Assembly (NCBI GenBank): GCA_963703345.1
Contig: OY969814.1
Span: forward strand, 576,001 to 640,000
Reading direction: 5' to 3'
Source: an uncultured Chloroflexia bacterium
GTDB lineage: Bacteria; Chloroflexota; Dehalococcoidia; DSTF01; JALHUB01
Length of the DNA stretch: 64,000 bases
Shown: positions 19,608 to 29,877 of the stretch, piece after piece
Layout of the letters: each line of letters begins with the position of its first letter
How positions within the stretch are numbered: the first letter of the stretch is position 1
The notes under the pieces: generated by a model
What the model was told of the DNA's origin: nothing
What the model saw: only the letters and a program-made list of their open reading frames with translations
Databases searched by the model: none
Translations under genes and position numbers: made by a program

Positions 19608-20428
19608 GGCGAGTCCCCCTGCGTCCCCAGCGGCTGGATCGACGGATCGGAGACGAAGCCGAACGAGTTGAACGGCCAGTACGTTACCCACGCCCGCCCG
19701 ATGATGTTGCTCTCCGGGACAAAGCCCCAACTGCGCGAGTCGTAGCTGTTGTTGCGATTGTCGCCGAGGACGAAGTACTCGCCGTCGGGCACGAGCTGCG
19801 GCCCGAAGTCGTGCTGCGTTCGGTCCGGTATGTACGTTTCATCAAGCGCCTTTCCATTGATGAAGACAAGCCCATCGCGGATCTCCACCTGTTCGCCGGG
19901 TACGGCAATGATCCGCTTGATGAAGTCGCGCTCCGGCTGGTTCGGAAAGCGGAACACTATCACGTCGCCGCGACGGGGCGAGCCAAACAGGTAGTGCGGA
20001 CTATCGTCAAAATTGACCAGGGGAAGGAAGTCAAGAAAGCCCAGGTTCACTTTGAAGTAGGACGCTTTGTTTACCAGAATGAGCTGGCCGTCGTGGAGTG
20101 TGCCCTCCATGCTCGACCCCTCGACGCGGAAGTTCTGCACGACCATCCGCAGGCCGATGAAGAGCAGCAGCGCGAAGATGCCGATCTCGACCAGGTCGCG
20201 GATGAGCCTGCCCACGCCGGCGAGTCGCGACTTCCTTCCGACCGGCGGATGCGGCCCTTCGACTGTCCACGGACCGTAGTCGATGGGCAGGCCGGTGTCG
20301 GTGGACCAGATGAAGTCGCTGGAAGCGGAAGCCGCGCTGTCCGAGGAGCGCCGCGAAGACTTGCGCTTCTTCTTGTCGTCAGCCTCGTCGCGCTCCTCGA
20401 TGGGGTTGTCCGGAGGTTCTCCTAGCAT
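19604..20428 (-). CDS. lepB: Signal peptidase I
   Basis: VEGSSME, RGDVIVF, FIKRII, GDNRNNSYDSR. Confidence 0.95.
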   Translation of the reverse strand: MLGEPPDNPIEERDEADDKKKRKSSRRSSDSAASASSDFIWSTDTGLPIDYGPWTVEGPHPPVGRKSRLAGVGRLIRDLVEIGIFALLLFIGLRMVVQNFRVEGSSMEGTLHDGQLILVNKASYFKVNLGFLDFLPLVNFDDSPHYLFGSPRRGDVIVFRFPNQPERDFIKRIIAVPGEQVEIRDGLVFINGKALDETYIPDRTQHDFGPQLVPDGEYFVLGDNRNNSYDSRSWGFVPESNIIGRAWVTYWPFNSFGFVSDPSIQPLGTQGDSP

Positions 20429-20600
20429 TGCTTTGCCACGATTATAGCACGCCTCCGCACTCCAAACTCCCCGGAAGCCGAATTGTTACCATAACGCGCC
20501 GCCTCAAGCGGCACGCCATTCCATTTACCCTCTTTCGAGCGGCGAAGTCTACCCCCATTCTGTTAAACTTGTCCACACGAGCGGAATCTGGAGGTGCAGC

Positions 20601-21212
20601 CTGACCCGCCAAGGCCCTCTCACCGACCTCGACGAAGGCGCGCTGTTGCAGCGATGCCGCGCCGGCGATCTCGCTGCCTTCAACGCCCTCGTCGGGGCGC
20701 ACCAGGACACCGTCTTCGGCCTTTGCCTGCGCATGCTCGGCTCGACGCATTCCGCCGAAGACGTCACGCAGGAAACGTTCCTCAGCGCCTACCGGAGCAT
20801 CGAGCGCTGCCGCGGCGACATCTTTCGCGCCTGGCTGCTCCGCATCGCCGTCAACGCCTGCACCGACGAGCTGCGCCGTCGCCATCGCCGCCCGCAGGTC
20901 TCCCTCGACGACCCCTCCACCGGCGCCTCGCCGCTCGACCTGCCCGATCCTTCCGAGTCGCCGGAAGAGACAGCCGTGCGCAGCGAGCTCCGCCGCCACA
21001 TCCAATCGGGCCTGGTGGCGCTCCCTCCCGACCAGCGCGCCGCCGTCGTCCTCCGCGACGTCCAGGGCCTCAGCTACGAGGAAATCGCCCAGGTCCTGCG
21101 CCTTTCGCCGGGCACCGTGAAGTCGCGCCTCAGCCGCGGCCGGGCCCACCTTCGCGACCTGCTCCTCCAGCAGCGGGAACTTTTGCCCCGGCAGTTTCGT
21201 CCTACTGATTGA
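20601..21212 (+). CDS. ECF RNA polymerase sigma factor (probable CTG start at 20601)
   Basis: AEDVTQETF, WLLRIAVN, LSYEEIAQ..GTVKSRLSRGR; GGAGGT RBS just before an in-frame CTG. Confidence 0.9.
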   Translation: MTRQGPLTDLDEGALLQRCRAGDLAAFNALVGAHQDTVFGLCLRMLGSTHSAEDVTQETFLSAYRSIERCRGDIFRAWLLRIAVNACTDELRRRHRRPQVSLDDPSTGASPLDLPDPSESPEETAVRSELRRHIQSGLVALPPDQRAAVVLRDVQGLSYEEIAQVLRLSPGTVKSRLSRGRAHLRDLLLQQRELLPRQFRPTD

Positions 21213-21251
21213 AGCCGCCTGTCAGCGACTTCGGAAGAAGAGGAGGACCTT

Positions 21252-22187
21252 GTGAGGTTTCTTGGATTCCGTCGCCATTCTCTGGACGAAAGCGATCTGT
21301 CCGCCTACATCGACGAGGCGCTCTCGGATAGCCGGCGCGGGCGCGTGGAGGCGCACCTCCGCTCCTGCGGCGATTGCGCTCGCAGGCTGGAGGAGTTGAA
21401 GCAGGTTGTAGCGGAGTTGCGCGCCTTGCCGCCCGCGAAGGCGCCGCGCTCGTTCGCGCTCTCGCCGGAGCTTGCGGCGGTCTCGCAGCGTCAGGGGAGC
21501 CTCGCGACTGAAGAACGAAGGAGGGCCGCCAGGCGCGCCTACCTCGGCCTCAGCGGCGCGACCGTCGCGGCTGCGCTCCTGCTGGTCGCTGCGTTCGGAA
21601 CGGACCTCTTCGTCGTATCGAGTGGCGGGCAGCCGACATCGCTGCCGGCAGCCACGTCGTCAGACAAGTCTCTCTCCATGCCACAGGCCGCGGCCGCCCT
21701 TCCGGCGACCACCGTTCCCGGTTACCCCTACGCCAATCAGCCCGGAGCGGAGAATCAGGGTTCAGGACAGATTGCCGTTCCGCCCGCAACGCCGACCGGT
21801 GGCCAATCGGGCACGGGGACTGCCAGCTCGGGACAGCTTGTGCCTCCCCCCGCCGTGCCTCTGGAGAATCAACCGGGCACTGCCGCAACGGCCAGCGCTC
21901 CCACGGACAAGAATGCGCTGTCTACCGAGAATCCGGGTGCGGCCGCAACTGCCAACGCGCTGTCAGAGAAGGACATGCTTCCGTCGGCAAGCCCGCGCGC
22001 CGGCGCTGCCGCCCCGTCATCCGAAGGCGCGCCGGCAGGCCAGCAGGAAGCGCAACCGGCGGAGAAGAGCGCCTCGCATGCCTGGTTGTGGGCGCTGGAA
22101 GGAGCCGCCGGAGGGCTGTTCATCGGCTTCGGGCTTTCCGCGTTCTGGATGCGCCGTCGTTGGATTCGGATCAATCGGGACTCATAG
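21252..22187 (+). CDS. Zinc-binding (zf-HC2) anti-sigma factor
   Basis: LSAYID..HLRSCGDC, TM helix, Pro/Ala linker, C-terminal TM. Confidence 0.85.
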   Translation: MRFLGFRRHSLDESDLSAYIDEALSDSRRGRVEAHLRSCGDCARRLEELKQVVAELRALPPAKAPRSFALSPELAAVSQRQGSLATEERRRAARRAYLGLSGATVAAALLLVAAFGTDLFVVSSGGQPTSLPAATSSDKSLSMPQAAAALPATTVPGYPYANQPGAENQGSGQIAVPPATPTGGQSGTGTASSGQLVPPPAVPLENQPGTAATASAPTDKNALSTENPGAAATANALSEKDMLPSASPRAGAAAPSSEGAPAGQQEAQPAEKSASHAWLWALEGAAGGLFIGFGLSAFWMRRRWIRINRDS

Positions 22188-22206
22188 GTCTGGAAGGAGT
22201 GACGTC

Positions 22207-22944
22207 ATGAAGAAGAGCATTGCGGTCCTCATTTTGCTGAGCCTGGGAGCGTTCGCAGTCCTGGGCAGCGCCTGCGGAACGGAGAAGGTCACGCTGGCGG
22301 CTCAAGACAACAACACCCAAGGCATCACCGTCAGCGGCGAAGGGAAGGCGAGCGGCACCCCGGACGTCGCGGTGCTGAGCCTCGGCGTCAGCAGCGTCAA
22401 ATCGACGGTGAAGGACGCCCGCGACGACGCCGCCGGCACGATGCAGAACGTCATCAACGCCATCAAGGGCGACGGCGTAGCGGAGAAGGACGTTCAGACG
22501 ACGCAGTACGACATCTCGCCGGAGTATGACTACCCGCCAAACGCGGCGCCGAAGCTAACCGGCTACCGCGTCACGAACACCGTGACCGTCAAAGTGCGCG
22601 ACGTCAACAACACAAGCAAAGTGCTGGACGACGTGACGGCCGCCGGCGGCGACGTCGTCCAGGTGCAGGGCATCAGCTTCACCATCGACAATCCGGAGAC
22701 GCTGCAAGACCAGGCGCGCGGGGAGGCGGTGAACGACGCGAAGGCCCGCGCCCAGCGCATCGCCGACACGGCCGGCGTAAAGCTCGGGGCGCCGATCTCT
22801 ATCTCGGAGGGCACGAACGTTCAGCCCATGCCCGCGATTCTCAACGGCGCCGCGAAGGATTTCGCCGCCGCGCCGTCGACCCCGATTGAGACCGGCCAGC
22901 TAGACGTCGACATCACTGTGCAAGTCGTCTTTGCCATAGAGTAG
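22207..22944 (+). CDS. SIMPL (DUF541) lipoprotein
   Basis: Lipobox SAC, ITVSGEG..PDVA, AVNDAKARA; GGAG RBS. Confidence 0.88.
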   Translation: MKKSIAVLILLSLGAFAVLGSACGTEKVTLAAQDNNTQGITVSGEGKASGTPDVAVLSLGVSSVKSTVKDARDDAAGTMQNVINAIKGDGVAEKDVQTTQYDISPEYDYPPNAAPKLTGYRVTNTVTVKVRDVNNTSKVLDDVTAAGGDVVQVQGISFTIDNPETLQDQARGEAVNDAKARAQRIADTAGVKLGAPISISEGTNVQPMPAILNGAAKDFAAAPSTPIETGQLDVDITVQVVFAIE

Positions 22945-23002
22945 CCCGGCGATCGGATTCTTGCGGGCTAAACGTCCCTGCGACGGGAAAGGAGAGCGAG
23001 GA

Positions 23003-24145
23003 ATGATTCGACGCGCAATCTCGGCCACCCTGTTTGTAACCTTGGTGGGAGTCGCGGCCGCGTTCGTTGTCGCCTGCGGAGGGGGCAACGAGAGCACCGG
23101 TAGCGAAAGCGGGCGCGCGCTGAGCGTGCCGGCGCAGTCAAACGAGACATCGGGCTCCATGCCCGTGCCGGGTCTGGCGCCCATGGCTCCGTCCGGGTCC
23201 GCCGATCAGTCGGCGGGCGAAGCTGATCTGGCGCCCTCGCAGTCGTCCGTGGACCGAAAGGTAGTCCAGAACGCATCGCTGGAGCTAAAGGTCAACGACG
23301 TGCCGCGCGCCTACCAGGACGCCGCCCAGGTGGCGCTCGACGAAGGTGGCCTGGTGCTCGACTCGTCGCTCGCCCCCACGCAAGACAAGCCGGAAGCGAG
23401 ACTTACGCTGCGCGTTCCCGCCGCGAGCTATGAGGACGCGCTGAAGAAGCTGAGCGCGCTGGCCATCAAGGTGGACAATCAGACTTCGAACGCGCAGGAC
23501 GTGACGGACCAGTACACCGACCTGCAGGCGCGACTGCGCAGCGCACAGGCCGTAGAGGCGCGCTACCTGGACCTGCTGAATCGCGCCAACACGATCGACG
23601 ACATCCTGAAGGTGCAGGACCGGCTGGCGCCCGTGCGCCTGGAGATAGAGCAGATCCAGGGGCAGATAAACGTTATGGACAATCTGTCGTCGAACGCGAC
23701 GATAAGCGTGCACCTGTACAGCGAGGCGCCGAAGGCTCCCGCGTCGAACGGCGGTCCCGACCCGCTGGCCGCTGCCGCCAACGGCTGGGAGTCCTCGCTG
23801 CTGTTCCTTCGGGCGGTGGCAACGGGAATACTGGCGACCAGCGCCTTCCTCTGGTGGTTCGCGCCCGTGCTCGCGGTGGCGGTGATAGTGCTTGTCGTGC
23901 GCTACCGTCGAACATCGAGCATGAGCTGCGTCGGCGGTGGGCCGTGCGCGGCTGGCGCCTTGCACGCCGGCGGTTCGGGTTGCCGAACCGCCGGTCCCGG
24001 CCCCCGCCTCCGAATCGAGAACCTGTCGCTTCCGTCGTCGCGACCCGTCGTGGGGACCGACGCCTCGTTTGGGGCTAGGCTTGAAAGAGCGACGCTGTGG
24101 CCTGCGTCACCGGCGAGGGCGGCGTCGTATCGACCATCACGTTGA
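23003..24145 (+). CDS. DUF4349 lipoprotein (C-terminus uncertain)
   Basis: VAC lipobox, LRVPA, DVTDQYTD, EIEQIQG, C-terminal TM. Confidence 0.82.
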   Translation: MIRRAISATLFVTLVGVAAAFVVACGGGNESTGSESGRALSVPAQSNETSGSMPVPGLAPMAPSGSADQSAGEADLAPSQSSVDRKVVQNASLELKVNDVPRAYQDAAQVALDEGGLVLDSSLAPTQDKPEARLTLRVPAASYEDALKKLSALAIKVDNQTSNAQDVTDQYTDLQARLRSAQAVEARYLDLLNRANTIDDILKVQDRLAPVRLEIEQIQGQINVMDNLSSNATISVHLYSEAPKAPASNGGPDPLAAAANGWESSLLFLRAVATGILATSAFLWWFAPVLAVAVIVLVVRYRRTSSMSCVGGGPCAAGALHAGGSGCRTAGPGPRLRIENLSLPSSRPVVGTDASFGARLERATLWPASPARAASYRPSR

Positions 24146-25742
24146 GACAGGCCGGACGCCCGGCCGCGAAAGCCCGTTCCAGCGCCTCGCCCACCTTCAG
24201 GGGGTCATCCACCAGCTCCCCGTAGACCCCAAAGCCCTCCGCCGCGCGCTCGTAATGGACCAGCCCCAGCTCCGTCGCCACCACCTTGGCGCCGCGCAGC
24301 TCCTGCTCGTGCTTCACCATCCCCCAGGCCTGGTCGTTGTTGATGACGACGACTATCGGCAGCTTGTGTCGCACCGCCGAGTCGAACTCCGCGAAGTTCA
24401 GGCCTACCGAGCCGTCGCCGGTCACCACAAGCACTCGCTTCTCCGGATAAGCTATCTTCGCCGCCATGCCGAACGGAATGCCGATTCCCAGGCAGCCGAG
24501 GTAGCCGTAGGACACGAAACGACCGGGCTTGTTCATCGTCGCTGCCATCTGCATCCAGACGAACGTCTCGCCGCCGTCGACGACGAGGATGTCGTCATCG
24601 CCCAGGAAGCGGTCGATTTCCCGCATGAGGCGTAGCGGGTGCATCGGCGGCGAGTCCGACTCCAGCGCGTCCTTGTACAGGAACCGCCAGGCCTGCTGCG
24701 CTCCCTTCAGCGTCGACGCCCAGTCGCTGCGATCGGGAAACTCGCGACCCTCCGCCGCCCGCACCAGCGCCCGCAGCGCTTCGGCGCAATCGGCGACGAT
24801 GCCGAGCTCGATGTCGCGGCAACCGCCTATCTCCGCTCCTTCAACGTCGATCTGGATGATCCTGGCGTCGGCCGGGAGCCAGCTTCCGCCGGCGAAGAAC
24901 AGGCCGATGCGGGCGCCGAGCAGGACTATCAGGTCCGGCGCGTTCTCCGGCTGGAGCGCAAGGACCGCCAGCGTCATGAGGCTGCCGGCGCCCAGCGGAT
25001 GCCCCTCTTCCGGCACCGCGCCCCGCGACGGCCCGTGCCCGAGCACCGGCGTTGAAGTCATCTCCGCGAAGCGACGCAGCGACGCAGCGCCGTCCGCCAG
25101 CCACGCTCCCCTGCTGGCGACGATCAGCGGCCTCTTCGCCTCCGCCAGCATCGTCAGCGCCTTCTCCACGGCCTCCGGCGCCGGCGCGGGTGGGTAGGGC
25201 TTCGTCGCCTCAGGAATGCATACCGACTCCTCGCCCACTTTGCCGAATGCGACGTCGATGGGTATCTCCAGGAACACAGGCCCGGGCCGGCCCGTTGTCG
25301 CCTCGCGGAAGGCGATCGCCGTGTACTCCGCTACTCGCGCTGGCTCCAGCACCGTCCGCGACCACTTTGTGATCGGCTTCAGCAGCGCCCGGCCGTCGAA
25401 GTCCTGGCGCGTCAGCCGCTCCTCGTCCCGCAGGGCGTGCCGGCCGCCGATTATCACCATCGGTACGGCGTCAACGAAGGCGTCGGCGACGGGAGTGACG
25501 ACGTTCGTGACACCCGGCCCGGCTGTAATCACCACCACGCCCGGTTGGCCCGTGAGGCGGGCCCAAGCCTCGGCCATGTGCCCTGCCGCAGCTTCGTGAC
25601 GGGTATCGTACACCCTTATCCCCGCTTCGGCGCAGGCCTGGATGATCGGGTCGATGTGGCCGCCGTGCAGGCCGAAGACCTGTCGCACACCTTCCTTCTC
25701 CAGCATGCGCGCCAGCAACTTGCCGCCGTTTATCTCGCTCAT
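24075..25742 (-). CDS. Thiamine-diphosphate enzyme (acetolactate synthase/2-hydroxyacyl-CoA lyase-like)
   Basis: FGLHGGHI, RHEAAAGH, TAGPGVTN, GDGS..NNDQAWG. Confidence 0.9.
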   Translation of the reverse strand: MSEINGGKLLARMLEKEGVRQVFGLHGGHIDPIIQACAEAGIRVYDTRHEAAAGHMAEAWARLTGQPGVVVITAGPGVTNVVTPVADAFVDAVPMVIIGGRHALRDEERLTRQDFDGRALLKPITKWSRTVLEPARVAEYTAIAFREATTGRPGPVFLEIPIDVAFGKVGEESVCIPEATKPYPPAPAPEAVEKALTMLAEAKRPLIVASRGAWLADGAASLRRFAEMTSTPVLGHGPSRGAVPEEGHPLGAGSLMTLAVLALQPENAPDLIVLLGARIGLFFAGGSWLPADARIIQIDVEGAEIGGCRDIELGIVADCAEALRALVRAAEGREFPDRSDWASTLKGAQQAWRFLYKDALESDSPPMHPLRLMREIDRFLGDDDILVVDGGETFVWMQMAATMNKPGRFVSYGYLGCLGIGIPFGMAAKIAYPEKRVLVVTGDGSVGLNFAEFDSAVRHKLPIVVVINNDQAWGMVKHEQELRGAKVVATELGLVHYERAAEGFGVYGELVDDPLKVGEALERAFAAGRPACLNVMVDTTPPSPVTQATASLFQA

Positions 25743-25921
25743 CTCGTGATTCCTTTCGCCGCCCTTGAATCCGCTTGGCCGATCATAGCACCAGCCGAGG
25801 AGGAGTCCAAAGACACGTCTCGGGGGCGAGCTGCCTTGACCATGAGCCCATGACCTGCTAGACATATTGTGTGAGTTCACGCTTGCCGCGAATCTGCGGC
25901 ACTCTCCCGGGGAGGCGGTAA

Positions 25922-27826
25922 ATGCAGGGGGTGGATCTCGACGAAGGGCGACCCCGCTGGATCCGACGAATAGCCGTGCTGCTCGTCGTGCTGGTGATCG
26001 GCGGCGTCGCGGCATTCTTCATTAACAGGGCGCTCGCCGGCGACGGCCAGCAGACGCAGCCCTACACGCCGTACACCGTCGGCACCATGACTCTTCGCGC
26101 CATGGTTCAGACCGCCGGCGTCTCCGTCGCCCAGGATGAGGCTGCCCTGAGCTTCACCACTCCCGGCCAGATCGACCAGATATATGTCAACATCGGCGAT
26201 CACGTCTCAGCCGGCCAGCCGCTGATAGGCCTGAAAGCGGACCAGCTTCAGAACGCCGCTTCCACCGCGCAGTCTGCGCTAACGCTGGCCCAGCTTCAGT
26301 TGCAGAAACTCCAGGAAGGCGCCACTGCCACCGACCTGGGCAAGGTGGACGAAGCGGTAGTCGCCACGAACGCCGCTCTCACCAAGGCGCAGAACGACCT
26401 CAAGGACGCCACCGACCCACCGACCGATGCTGAGCTCACCGCCGCTCACCAGGCCGTCGCTGCCGCCGAAGCCGCGCTCTCCGCCGCCGAAGACAAGCTG
26501 GAGACGCTGAGACGGGGTGCCACCGACGCAGACATCGCCGCCGCTCAGGCCGCGCTCGATGCGGCCAAGGCCAAGCTCACGCAGGCGCAAAATGTACAAC
26601 AAGTCGCATTGGCCCAGAAGGCGGATGCTCAAAGCGCTTTCCAATACGCCGGCGGTACCTACTGTAACTTGAGCGGCTCTCTAACTGACATTTGCGACAC
26701 TCTGGAGGCAAACGACTATCAGGACGTGCTCACTACCGACGAAGTGCACGACCTGCTGACCGAGACGCCGGAGCCCACGCCGGCCGCGCTCCTCGAAGCT
26801 GCAATCTCGGCCCTGGTCACCGCAAACGACACCTATCGCAGTGCAATCGCCGCCGTCAGCACCGCCAACGATGCCGTCACTGCCGCTACGTCCGGGCGCG
26901 ACGCAGCGCAGAAGGCGTTGGACAAGGCGAACGACGGAGCCAGCTCTGACGACATCGATGCGGCAAAGCTGGCGGTCACCGCGGCTCAAGCCAGCGTCAA
27001 CGCCAGCCAGGCCGCGCTGCAGAAACTGCTCGACGGGGCCAGCGACACCGATATCGCCAACTTGAAGGCCGCCGTGGACAAGGCTCAGGCGGACGTCCTC
27101 GCCGCCCTGATAGCGCGGGATGAGGTCGGTCGCGGCGCCACCGCGACTGAGCTGGCGATGCAGCAGGAACAGGTGCATCAGGCCGAGCTAGCGCTGCAAA
27201 GGGCAAATCTCACCCTCAAAGACATGACGCTCACGTCTCCATTCGACGGGATCGTCTCGGCGCTTCCCGTGAAGATCGGCCAGGTCGTCAACGCCAGCAT
27301 ACCCGCCGTAACCGTCCTTACGCCGGGCCAGATGGTCTTTGAGCTGAACGTCGGCGAGACGGACCTTCCCTCCATCAGGATCGGCGAGCAGGGCACCATG
27401 ACGTTCGACGCTATTCCAACGAAGGTATTCCCAATTGAAGTGACTGCCGTCAGTCTTTCCCCCGAAACGAATCAGGGCGTGATCATCTACAAAGTCAAGT
27501 GCAAGATAAACGGCGACTTGAACGACCCGAACGGCCCGAACCCCGCGCCGGGCATGAACGGCTCCGCCAGCCTCGTCACCGACACCAGGCCGGACGTGGT
27601 CGCTATTCCCAGCGCCCTCGTCCGCAGTCGCGGCGTGCAGAAGGTGGTTGAGGTGGAGGTTAGCAAGGGCAAGACGGAGATGCGGCCCGTCGTCACGGGT
27701 CTGAGCGACGGCGATAACATCGAGATAACCAAGGGCCTGAGTATCGGCGACATCCTGGCCGTGCATGCCGTCGCAACTCCCACTCCGGCAACGGGAGACC
27801 AACAGCTTCCGGGCCACTTCCAGTAG
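25922..27826 (+). CDS. Efflux membrane-fusion/adaptor protein (paralog of 14445-16346)
   Basis: Same architecture: TM, coil, SPFDGIV, PGMNG, GLSIGD. Confidence 0.9.
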   Translation: MQGVDLDEGRPRWIRRIAVLLVVLVIGGVAAFFINRALAGDGQQTQPYTPYTVGTMTLRAMVQTAGVSVAQDEAALSFTTPGQIDQIYVNIGDHVSAGQPLIGLKADQLQNAASTAQSALTLAQLQLQKLQEGATATDLGKVDEAVVATNAALTKAQNDLKDATDPPTDAELTAAHQAVAAAEAALSAAEDKLETLRRGATDADIAAAQAALDAAKAKLTQAQNVQQVALAQKADAQSAFQYAGGTYCNLSGSLTDICDTLEANDYQDVLTTDEVHDLLTETPEPTPAALLEAAISALVTANDTYRSAIAAVSTANDAVTAATSGRDAAQKALDKANDGASSDDIDAAKLAVTAAQASVNASQAALQKLLDGASDTDIANLKAAVDKAQADVLAALIARDEVGRGATATELAMQQEQVHQAELALQRANLTLKDMTLTSPFDGIVSALPVKIGQVVNASIPAVTVLTPGQMVFELNVGETDLPSIRIGEQGTMTFDAIPTKVFPIEVTAVSLSPETNQGVIIYKVKCKINGDLNDPNGPNPAPGMNGSASLVTDTRPDVVAIPSALVRSRGVQKVVEVEVSKGKTEMRPVVTGLSDGDNIEITKGLSIGDILAVHAVATPTPATGDQQLPGHFQ

Positions 27827-27840
27827 CCCCGGCGACAACC

Positions 27841-28575
27841 GTGATCACGCTCGCAGATATTAGCAAAATCTACCGCACCGGCGACGTGCCGATCTACGCC
27901 CTCCGCTCAGTCGATCTGACGATCGAGGACGGAGAATTCGTAGCCATCATCGGACCGTCCGGTTCCGGCAAGTCCACCCTCATGAACATCATCGGTTGCC
28001 TGGACGTGCCGAGCGCCGGCAAATACAGCCTCGACGGCGTCACGGTCAGCAGCCTTAGCGATGGCTCCCTCGCCCGCATTCGTAACCGCCGCATCGGCTT
28101 CGTGTTTCAGAGCTTTAATCTCCTGCCGCGACTCACGGCGTTGGAACAGGTGGAAGTGCCGCTTATCTACCGCGGCGCCCGCAACCGCAGCAAGCTCGCC
28201 AGGCAGGCGCTGGCGGAGGTGGGGTTGGCGAGGCGCATCCATCACCGGCCGACGCAGCTTTCCGGCGGCGAGCAGCAGCGCGTGGCCATCGCCCGCGCCA
28301 TCGTCAGCCGCCCGACCCTTCTTCTGGCAGACGAGCCCACCGGCGCCCTGGACACCAATACGAGCCACGAAATCATAGGCCTTTTCGAGGCGTTGAACCG
28401 GGACCTGGGCATAACAGTCGTCTTCGTGACGCACGATCTGGAAGTCGCAGACCATACCCGGCGCATAGTGAAGCTGCGAGACGGCCAGGTGGTCAGCGAC
28501 GAGACGAATACGCCTGGTTCCGCTCGGTCGGCCGCGCCTCCCGTGAGCGCCGCCTCGACCGGGCCGCCGGCATAG
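27841..28575 (+). CDS. ABC transporter ATP-binding protein (MacB/LolD family)
   Basis: GPSGSGKST, LSGGEQQR, DEPTGALD. Confidence 0.95.
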   Translation: MITLADISKIYRTGDVPIYALRSVDLTIEDGEFVAIIGPSGSGKSTLMNIIGCLDVPSAGKYSLDGVTVSSLSDGSLARIRNRRIGFVFQSFNLLPRLTALEQVEVPLIYRGARNRSKLARQALAEVGLARRIHHRPTQLSGGEQQRVAIARAIVSRPTLLLADEPTGALDTNTSHEIIGLFEALNRDLGITVVFVTHDLEVADHTRRIVKLRDGQVVSDETNTPGSARSAAPPVSAASTGPPA

Positions 28576-28594
28576 GTAGCCGAACCAAGTTGCG

Positions 28595-29866
28595 ATGAAC
28601 ATATTCGACACCATTCCCATCGCCCTCCGCGCACTCGCCGCCAACAAAATGCGGTCGCTCCTGACTATGCTTGGCATCATCATCGGCGTCGGCGCGGTGA
28701 TTTCGCTGATGGCGGCGGGCCAGGGCGCCCAGAAAGGCATCACCGACCGCATTCAGGGGCTTGGCAGTAACCTGCTTTTTGTCCGCCCGGGCTCCAAGGA
28801 CGACAACCCCACCAATAACCCGCTCGGCGATACGGTCCTGACGCTGGTAAGCACTGACGTTGATGCCATAAACAACCCCGATCGCTTTCCGTATGTTGAA
28901 AGCGCCGTTGGGCAGGTCATATTCACGGCGCCCATAGTCGCCAACGGAAAGAGCGTCAGCACGAGCATCACGGGCGTAACGCCGGGCTACCAGGTCACGC
29001 GCAACCACTACGTGGCCACCGGCAGGTTTATCAACGACGATGATATTACGCGGAAAGGCCTCGTCGCCGACATAGGCCCCAACCTCGCATCGCGGCTTTT
29101 CGGCGACGGCGTTGACCCCACCGGCCGGACTGTCCGTCTGACTGTCGGCGCCTTCAGCGTCTACTTCAGCTTCAACTTCCAGGTGATCGGCGTGATGGAA
29201 CCGAAGGGCGCCAATGGAACCGGTGACGAAGACAACCTGATGATCATCCCCCTGCCCACGATGCAGTCCCGAATACCCTATATTCGCAATCCGAGGGGGG
29301 TGACCAACGTTCACCAGATAACCATCAAGGTCTCCGACTCCAGCAAGTTCCCGCAGGCCAAGGAAGAGATAGCCGCCCTCCTTCGCGACCGGCACGGCGT
29401 GGACAAGAATGACTTCACGATCCAATCCCAGGAGGATCTCGTCTCCACCGCCAGTGAGGTCTCACAGACGTTGACCGTGCTGCTCGCAAGCATCGCTGGC
29501 ATTTCCCTGATCGTCGGCGGCATCGGCATCATGAACATCATGCTTGTTTCCGTGACGGAGAGAACGCGCGAAATAGGCATACGAAAAGCATTGGGCGCCA
29601 GGCGCGTGGACATCCTCTGGCAGTTCGTTGTCGAGGCGCTTACCGTTACGATGCTAGGCGGCCTCGTCGGCGTGGGCACGGGCGTCCTGCTGGCGAAGCT
29701 AGCAAATGGGCAGCACGTCTTCGGCCGGAACCTCTACACCGCCATAACGCCCTTCTCGATCATCGTCGCGTTCAGCGTCTCCGCCGCAATCGGCCTCTTT
29801 TTCGGCATCTACCCGGCGTTCCGCGCCTCACGCCTCAATCCTATCGAAGCGCTGCGCCACGAGTAG
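28595..29866 (+). CDS. ABC transporter permease (MacB/FtsX family)
   Basis: GGIGIMNIMLVSVTERTREIGIRKALGA, NPIEALR. Confidence 0.95.
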   Translation: MNIFDTIPIALRALAANKMRSLLTMLGIIIGVGAVISLMAAGQGAQKGITDRIQGLGSNLLFVRPGSKDDNPTNNPLGDTVLTLVSTDVDAINNPDRFPYVESAVGQVIFTAPIVANGKSVSTSITGVTPGYQVTRNHYVATGRFINDDDITRKGLVADIGPNLASRLFGDGVDPTGRTVRLTVGAFSVYFSFNFQVIGVMEPKGANGTGDEDNLMIIPLPTMQSRIPYIRNPRGVTNVHQITIKVSDSSKFPQAKEEIAALLRDRHGVDKNDFTIQSQEDLVSTASEVSQTLTVLLASIAGISLIVGGIGIMNIMLVSVTERTREIGIRKALGARRVDILWQFVVEALTVTMLGGLVGVGTGVLLAKLANGQHVFGRNLYTAITPFSIIVAFSVSAAIGLFFGIYPAFRASRLNPIEALRHE

Positions 29867-29877
29867 CTTTCGACCCC

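Noticed and set aside
23920-24145. C-terminal extension of the DUF4349 protein overlapping the ThDP enzyme gene
   Set aside because: Looks like non-coding read-through or a lost stop in GC-rich DNA; no recognisable domain
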